This document shows, piece by piece, positions 57,853-64,000 of a stretch of DNA of 64,000 bases. Source of the stretch: an uncultured bacterium (GTDB lineage: Bacteria; Patescibacteriota; JABMPQ01; CAVVCK01); contig CAVVCK010000002.1 in the NCBI GenBank assembly GCA_963746775.1, positions 367,592 through 431,591 on the forward strand. Reading direction: 5' to 3'. Numbering within the stretch: the first letter of the stretch is position 1; every line of letters begins with the position of its first letter. The notes below the pieces were generated by a model. That model ran no database searches. It saw only the letters and a program-made list of their open reading frames with translations, and was not told where the DNA came from. The position numbers and the translations under genes are program-made.

Positions 57853-59646
57853 TTATTTCTTCAACACTTCAATAAAGGCACTAGATGGAATATTAACTCT
57901 ACCCATAGCTTCCATTCTCTTTTTACCTTTCTTTTGTTTTTTAAGTAATTTATCTTTACGAGTTCTATCCCCTCCATATAATTTGGCTGTAACATCTTTC
58001 CTAACAGCTGAGATATTTTCACGAGCAATAACTTTCCCATTAATAGATGCTTGTAGAGATACTTGGAAGTTTTGTCTTGGCAAAACTTCTTTTAATTTTT
58101 TAAGCATACTTCTCGATTCTTGCATTGCCTTCTCTCTAATAAGAATTCTAGAAAAGGCTTCTACTTCATCTCCAGCAATTAAAATATCTACTTTTACTAA
58201 ATCAGCTGGTCTATAATCTTTTATTTCATAAGATAGCGAAGCATAACCAGAAGAAACTGATTTTAATTTATCATAAAAATCTCCCGTCATAGAAGCAAGC
58301 GGCATTTCATAATGTAGGATTGTCCTAGTTTCTTCCTTGCCCGAAACTAAATATTCACTTGATAAATATGTTCCTCTGGATTTTTTTACTAATTCTGTAA
58401 TAGAACTTAAATATTCAACTGGAGTGATAACATCTATGGCTGCCCAAGGTTCAGATATCTCCAGAATTTCGGTTGGATCAGGTAGTTCCTGGGGTGTGTG
58501 GATTACATAAGTTTCTTTATTTTTTTTGGTAATTTTAAATTTTACTTGAGGAGATGTTACTACTAAATCCAAACCAAATTCACGCTTAAGTCTTTCCTGG
58601 ATTATTTCTAAATGCAAAAGTCCTAAAAATCCACACTTGAAACCTCGCCCCAGTGTTGCTGAACTTTCCGGTTCATAGGTCAAGGAGGCATCATTCAAAC
58701 TTAATTTAGCTAGACCATCTTTTAAATCATCAAATTGATCAGCATCCTCAGGATAAAAAGTAGTAAATATGATCGGCTCCATTTTTTTATAGCCTGGTAA
58801 AGGTTTTTCGCATTTAATTGATGCCAGGGTATCCCCCACATGACAATCTTTCATGTCTTTAAGGCCGGTTACCACATAGCCTACTTCCCCTGCTTTAATT
58901 TCCGGCTTTGATTGCATTTTTGGTTTAAAGAAGCCAACATCAAGTACATCAAATTCTTTACTTGTAGCCATTAATCTAACTTTGTCACTTTTTTTTACAC
59001 TTCCCTCAAATACTCTGACATAAGTAATTACACCCTTAAAATCATCGTAGACAGAATCAAATATTAACGACTTTAATTCGTTCCCTTCTACTGCTTTAGG
59101 CGATGGAACTTTATCAATTACTACTTTCAAAAGTTCCTTTACTCCTGTTCCATCCTTAGCACTTACTTCATATATTTCATTTTCTTTACATCCCAGGACT
59201 CCAATAATTTCATTTTTAACTTTTTCTGGATTAGCATTAGGTAAATCAATTTTATTTATAACTGGAATTATTTCCAAATTATGTTCTACGGCTTGATATA
59301 AGTTAGCTAAAGTTTGCGCTTGAATCCCTTTGGTCGCATCAACAACTAATAAAGCTCCCTCACAACAAGCAAGACTGCGTGATACTTCATAACCAAAATC
59401 AACATGTCCAGGAGTATCAATTAAATTTAGGACATATCCTTCGTAATCCATTCGAACAGGTTGTAATTTTATAGTTATTCCTCTTTCCCTCTCCAAATCC
59501 ATCGAATCTAAATACTGTTCTTTCATATCACGGCTTGCCACAGTATTGGTCAATTCCAAAAAGCGATCAGATAGCGTTGATTTGCCATGATCAATATGGG
59601 CAATGATGCAGAAATTGCGGATTTTTTTTAAATAATCTTTATTCAT
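57853..59646 (-). CDS. lepA: Elongation factor 4
   Basis: 597 aa; AHIDHGKSTL, DTPGHVDF, NKIDL G-domain motifs and the LepA-specific C-terminal domain. Confidence 0.9.
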   Translation of the reverse strand: MNKDYLKKIRNFCIIAHIDHGKSTLSDRFLELTNTVASRDMKEQYLDSMDLERERGITIKLQPVRMDYEGYVLNLIDTPGHVDFGYEVSRSLACCEGALLVVDATKGIQAQTLANLYQAVEHNLEIIPVINKIDLPNANPEKVKNEIIGVLGCKENEIYEVSAKDGTGVKELLKVVIDKVPSPKAVEGNELKSLIFDSVYDDFKGVITYVRVFEGSVKKSDKVRLMATSKEFDVLDVGFFKPKMQSKPEIKAGEVGYVVTGLKDMKDCHVGDTLASIKCEKPLPGYKKMEPIIFTTFYPEDADQFDDLKDGLAKLSLNDASLTYEPESSATLGRGFKCGFLGLLHLEIIQERLKREFGLDLVVTSPQVKFKITKKNKETYVIHTPQELPDPTEILEISEPWAAIDVITPVEYLSSITELVKKSRGTYLSSEYLVSGKEETRTILHYEMPLASMTGDFYDKLKSVSSGYASLSYEIKDYRPADLVKVDILIAGDEVEAFSRILIREKAMQESRSMLKKLKEVLPRQNFQVSLQASINGKVIARENISAVRKDVTAKLYGGDRTRKDKLLKKQKKGKKRMEAMGRVNIPSSAFIEVLKK

Positions 59647-60033
59647 TATGAAAAATTATTTACCCTACTTTAGTAGGTTTATAATTTCCGACTAGAATTG
59701 ATAAAATAACTTTTTAATAATCAAATTCTATCAGGAGAATTAGCAGTAGTAAAGTAAGTATTTTTTGGAGTGACAAATTGGGCCTTGCGAAATTTGTTAT
59801 TTATCGCGTACTAATAACTAATTTCGCTTCACTTAATTCGTTAACCCTAATATTTTTTTAACTAAAGCAAAAAGAAACCTATAAATTTAGATTTCTTATT
59901 ATTTCTCAATAATATTTTTTAAAAAAACAATATGAAAATTTTCTTACTTATAGATTAAGTAATATTTTAAGTTATTTGTCAATAATAAAGCATACTACTC
60001 CACGTTTTCCCCTAAAATAAGCTAATAATACAT

Positions 60034-60062
60034 TTGACACATGCTATTAATCAGAGTATAGT
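60034..60062 (+). promoter_or_regulatory. Consensus sigma70-type promoter: TTGACA, 17-bp spacer, TATAGT, upstream of typA
   Basis: ttgacacatgctattaatcagagtatagt, 30 bp upstream of the ATG at 60093. Confidence 0.55.
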
Positions 60063-60092
60063 AATGTTTATTACTTTTTAACCTAAATCTTA

Positions 60093-61878
60093 ATGAAAAC
60101 TAGAAATATAGCCATTATCGCTCATGTAGATCACGGCAAAACCACCCTCACAGACGCCCTAATGCAGCAAACTGGTGTAGCCAGCGCAGATATCACTATG
60201 GATACCGATATTATGGAAAAGGAGAGAGGAATTACAATTTATTCCAAAAATACCAGTATTTTCTATAAAGATACTAAAATAAACATAGTTGATACTCCGG
60301 GACACGCTGATTTCGGCTCGGAAGTAGAACGTGTTTTACGCTCTATTGATTCTGTTTTACTCCTAGTAGATGCCCAAGAGGGACCAATGCCTCAGACTAA
60401 ATTTGTTTTGAAAAAATCTCTGGAATTAGGATTAAAACCAATTGTAGTTATTAATAAAATAGACAAGCCAGCCGCCAGACCCAATGAGGTGAATGATATG
60501 GTCCTAGAATTATTCATGGATTTAAAAGCCTCAGATGAACAACTTGATTTTAAAACCATTTATACTATTGCCAAACAAGGGATAGCTAAACATAAGCTAG
60601 AAGATGAATCAAAAGACCTAACTCCCCTGCTTGATTTGATTATGGAAAATGTGAAGCCAGCCTCAAGCGAAGAGTTATCAAATAAGAAACTTTTATTCCA
60701 ACCTTTTAACCTAGCTTATGATAATTTTTTGGGCCGTTTGGCAATTGGTAGAATATATGAAGGTAAAATAAAAGATACTCAAAGTGTTATTATAAAAAAC
60801 AAAGACAAGGTAAGATCTGGGCGACTAACAAAATTATTTACTTTCTACGGATTAGAAAGACGCGAGGCAAAAATTGCGGAAGCTGGAGATATAGTTATGA
60901 TTGCTGGTCTTCCAGAAATTTTTATTGGCGAAACAGTTTGTGAAGATGAAAATCAAGAAACTCTACCCAGTATTGATATTGATGAGCCAACCATCTCACT
61001 AAATTTCCTAGTAAATGATTCCCCTTTTGCAGGACAGGAAGGTGACAAAGTAACTACCCGACAAATTAGAGAAAGATTAGAAAAAGAATTAGAAGTAAAT
61101 GTGGGTTTAAAAATAGATTTTTCCAATAATGATTATTATAAAGTATATGGCCGTGGTGAATTGCATATCACTATTCTACTTGAAAACATGAGAAAAAAGG
61201 GCTATGAAGTTCAGGTCTCTGAACCACAAGTTATTATAAAAGAAAAAGATGGCCGTAAATTAGAGCCTTTTGAAGAGGTAACTATCGACGTCCCCAATAA
61301 TATGTTCTGGCACCATTATTGAAAAAATGGCTAAAAGAAAAGGTGAAATGATTGATATGCAGCAAGAAGAAAATCAAACTAGAATGATTTTCCATATTCC
61401 AACCAGAGGACTCCTAGGATATCGAGGAGAATTTATTATGGATACTAGAGGAGAAGGAATATTATGTTCCAGAGTGTTAGGATTTAAACCACACGTTGGA
61501 GAGATAAAGAAACACAAAGTAGGTTCTATGATTTCTATGGAAAATGGCAAAGCTCTAGCATATTCTTTATTTAATTTACAAGATAGAGGCAAATTATATA
61601 TTAATGCTAACACTGAAGTATATGAAGGCATGGTTATCGGTAATACCTCTAAAGGAGTAGATATTCCAGTTAATCCAATTAAAGGAAAACACTTAACTAA
61701 TATGCGAGCCGCCAGCGCTGATGATGCTATGATTTTAAAAGCTTCTCAAGAAATAAACATTGAAAGAGGTTTAGAAATAATGAAAGATGATGAATATTTA
61801 GAAATTACACCGAAAAACGTCAGGTTAAGAAAAAAGTATTTGAGTGAATTAGATAGAAAAAGACATAATAGAAAATAA
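60093..61878 (+). pseudogene. typA: Translational GTPase TypA/BipA interrupted by a +1 frameshift near 61300-61306 (ORFs 60093..61322 and 61327..61878)
   Basis: [22 protein letters not shown] motifs. The reading frame switches between ...IDVPNNMF and GTIIEKMAKRKGEMIDMQ. Removing one T from gttctgg restores a colinear ~595-aa TypA. Confidence 0.8.
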
Positions 61879-61895
61879 AATTTTTTAAAATATAA

Positions 61896-61970
61896 AGGCT
61901 CAATCTTGAATCTCCAGAAAGGTTGAGCTTTGATTATTTGCAAAGAGACTCGGTTCCCATTTTAGAACCG
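61896..61970. terminator. Bidirectional terminator region between convergent typA and mscS (two hairpins, the second a perfect 15-bp stem)
   Basis: aaagagactcggttc-ccattttag-gaaccgagtctcttt followed by T/A runs on both strands. Confidence 0.6.
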
Positions 61971-61981
61971 AGTCTCTTTTA

Positions 61982-62806
61982 TTATACTATTTTAACTCCC
62001 TCAACTTTTTTCTCACTTAGTAACCAATATACATCCTCAATAACTTTACTCCTATTTAATTTAATTTTATCCCTCTCTGGCTTAGTCCAAAAAGATAATT
62101 TTAGCCTTATTTTTTCATCTTCAATTCCATCAAAAAATAACTCTATATCATCACCAGCTTCTACCCCTTTTATCTTTCTAACTGTATTTCTTATTTTCTT
62201 TATTATTTCCCCCAATTCATTCTCGTTATTTAGTCCTTTAAAACTAATCTCTAAATCAATTCTTCTCTTAGAATAGCCAGTAGTAATTACTACCGCTTTT
62301 TTTAAAACATCCGAATTAGAAATCAAAACTTTTCTATTGTCATAAGTTTTAATCACTATAAATCTCATTTCAATTCCTTTCACTACACCTTCATAATCAC
62401 CTATTTTTATTTCATCAGATATAACAAAGGGTCTTTGAGTTAATATTATAAGTCCCGCTAGAAAATCCATTATATAGTCGCGCAAAACAAAACTTAAGGC
62501 AAAACCAATTAACCCTAAGCTCGCTATCAGAGCTGATAATTGTATACCATAAACACTCATAGCAATAATTAAGCCTACAACTAGTACAGCCGCTCTAAAA
62601 ATACGGCCTATTACAATAGTAATCTCTATTCTTCCCTTGTCTTTTAATCGTTCAACTATTTCTAAAGAAATTCTTCTGCCAATATAAGAAACAACAAGGA
62701 AAATAATTAGAACAATTATCGCCAACATTAAAAGGGGCAGCTTATCTACAAAGTACTGCCAGTAGTTTTTTAGAGTTTGGATCAATATTGGCATAAAACT
62801 GCTCAT
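61982..62806 (-). CDS. mscS: Small-conductance mechanosensitive channel (MscS family)
   Basis: 274 aa; 3 N-terminal TM helices then the MscS beta-domain (GDYEGVVKGIEMRFIVIKTYDNRKVLISNS). Confidence 0.8.
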   Translation of the reverse strand: MSSFMPILIQTLKNYWQYFVDKLPLLMLAIIVLIIFLVVSYIGRRISLEIVERLKDKGRIEITIVIGRIFRAAVLVVGLIIAMSVYGIQLSALIASLGLIGFALSFVLRDYIMDFLAGLIILTQRPFVISDEIKIGDYEGVVKGIEMRFIVIKTYDNRKVLISNSDVLKKAVVITTGYSKRRIDLEISFKGLNNENELGEIIKKIRNTVRKIKGVEAGDDIELFFDGIEDEKIRLKLSFWTKPERDKIKLNRSKVIEDVYWLLSEKKVEGVKIV

Positions 62807-62861
62807 AAAATATAGAATAATAAATTATGAATTAAGAATTATAGAAAATATATTATAATTT

Positions 62862-64000
62862 TTAATTTTTGATTTTTGATGCACATTTATTAGAAAAAAA
62901 GTTTTTAAAATTACCTATGAAATCTTTTGCATTTTCCTGCTTTAAAATAAGCCCCATAATAATATAAACCACCAATCCCCCCAGAGCTGCTCCTAAAGCC
63001 TGTAAGAGTACACCTAAATAGGTCTGCATGTCAACATATTCTGCTAATAGATATAACATTAGATAGGTAACTACAATCATAACTATACAAGCAGCCAATA
63101 TTTTGAAGCCATTTTTAAAAATTCCCCCTTCATCTAAAGTTCCAACTTTTATCTTTAAAACTATAATAAGTAAAATCATATTTATAAAAGAGGTAGCAGA
63201 AAAAGCAAGAGCCAAGCCCAAGACGCCCATATAATTTACCAAAACAAGGCTGGCTATAATATTAAAAATCATGGAAATAATACTAATTATGACTGGCGTC
63301 TTAGTATCCGATAAAGAATAAAATGATCGCGCCAAAAGAGGTATCAGGCTCTGAGCAAAAATTGATAAAGCAAAAAGTCCCAAAGATTGAGCGGTTAAGT
63401 AGGTATCATTCCAATCAAAATGCCCCGCTCCTAAAATCAATCTTACAATTTGCGCTCGCTCTAATAACATCAAGGCACTAATAGGTACTACGAAAAATAA
63501 TATTTTCAGAAAAGTCTTAGAAAATTGTTCTCTAAATAATTTTTCATCATTGCGAGCAGCTGCTTCCGCTAAACAAGGAAAGGCAGCGATAGAAAATGAT
63601 ACACCAAATATTCCAATAGGAAAAGTTTGTAGGTTATTGGCTAAATTATAAATAGCAATACTACCTGAAGCAATGGTTGAAGCAATAACTGTCACCATCC
63701 ACAAATTAATTTGATTAAAAGCCAGAGCTAGGCTCCTGGGAATCATCAATTTAGTAATTTCTCTTACTCCTTGATGATTAATATTAAATCTTGGCTTCCA
63801 TCTAAATCCTAATTTAATAACCTGAGGCAATTGCACTAATCCATGTAAAAATGCACCGATAACAACTCCAAAAGCTATCCCCGCAACTCCATATTTTGGT
63901 ACGATGAATAGTACACCAAAAATAATACCCAGATTGTACAAAATTGGTGCCAGAGAATAAGTTAAAAAACTTTTGAATGAATTAAGAATGCAAGAGAAGA
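62862..64000 (-). CDS. murJ: Lipid II flippase MurJ (C-terminal ~380 aa; gene continues beyond the window end)
   Basis: Polytopic MviN/MurJ-like helices. The listed start at 63941 is a TTG, and the frame stays open upstream to coordinate 64000. Confidence 0.65.
   Translation of the reverse strand, partial: FSCILNSFKSFLTYSLAPILYNLGIIFGVLFIVPKYGVAGIAFGVVIGAFLHGLVQLPQVIKLGFRWKPRFNINHQGVREITKLMIPRSLALAFNQINLWMVTVIASTIASGSIAIYNLANNLQTFPIGIFGVSFSIAAFPCLAEAAARNDEKLFREQFSKTFLKILFFVVPISALMLLERAQIVRLILGAGHFDWNDTYLTAQSLGLFALSIFAQSLIPLLARSFYSLSDTKTPVIISIISMIFNIIASLVLVNYMGVLGLALAFSATSFINMILLIIVLKIKVGTLDEGGIFKNGFKILAACIVMIVVTYLMLYLLAEYVDMQTYLGVLLQALGAALGGLVVYIIMGLILKQENAKDFIGNFKNFFSNKCASKIKN

Noticed and set aside
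61374-62276. ORFs 61374..61631 (-), 61746..61943 (-) and 61923..62276 (+)
   Set aside because: Antisense to typA or mscS, or covering the terminator hairpins.

Overview
This is a 64 kb, AT-rich (roughly 30% GC by eye) and compactly coded bacterial chromosome segment. Almost all genes lie on the minus strand. The gene content (murB, murF, murJ, dacA-like, lspA, tyrS, prs, ruvC, yebC, lepA, typA, rdgB, a P-type ATPase, many glycosyltransferases, a GldAFG-like ABC system, two tRNAs and an SRP RNA) and the many small, Lys-rich proteins are compatible with a reduced-genome monoderm such as a Patescibacteria (CPR)-like organism. That assignment is an inference; translation looks like the standard code 11. 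Six things stand out. (1) A clear heliorhodopsin gene (8129..8899, +) with the retinal-lysine motif SLVAKS, and no carotenoid or retinal biosynthesis genes anywhere in the window. (2) A four-gene cluster: a secreted PKD-domain protein with a C-terminal 7TM domain, an ATP-grasp (alpha-L-glutamate-ligase-like) enzyme fused to a retropepsin-like (DTGA) protease domain, and two tandem RimK-like ATP-grasp ligases. This is a predicted but, to my knowledge, uncharacterised peptide-tagging or processing system, here in an unusual fused form. (3) An ArfB-type GGQ peptidyl-tRNA hydrolase directly next to an eRF1/Pelota-like three-domain protein that lacks the catalytic Q (GGSSQ) and carries a zinc ribbon, suggesting a two-part ribosome-rescue module. 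(4) A presenilin/SPP-like intramembrane aspartyl protease (YD, GxGD, PAL-like motifs) split by a frameshift in a T7 homopolymer, and a typA gene split by a single extra base. (5) Three perfect DnaA boxes (TTATCCACA) clustered just upstream of a compact UvrD-family helicase, next to the SRP RNA gene. (6) A 1.35 kb gene-free, hairpin-dense region with a degenerate ~78-bp tandem periodicity and a recurring GTTM-N4 direct-repeat motif, plus two families of MITE-like palindromic intergenic elements. All calls rest on reading the sequence and recalled family motifs; no database search was run.
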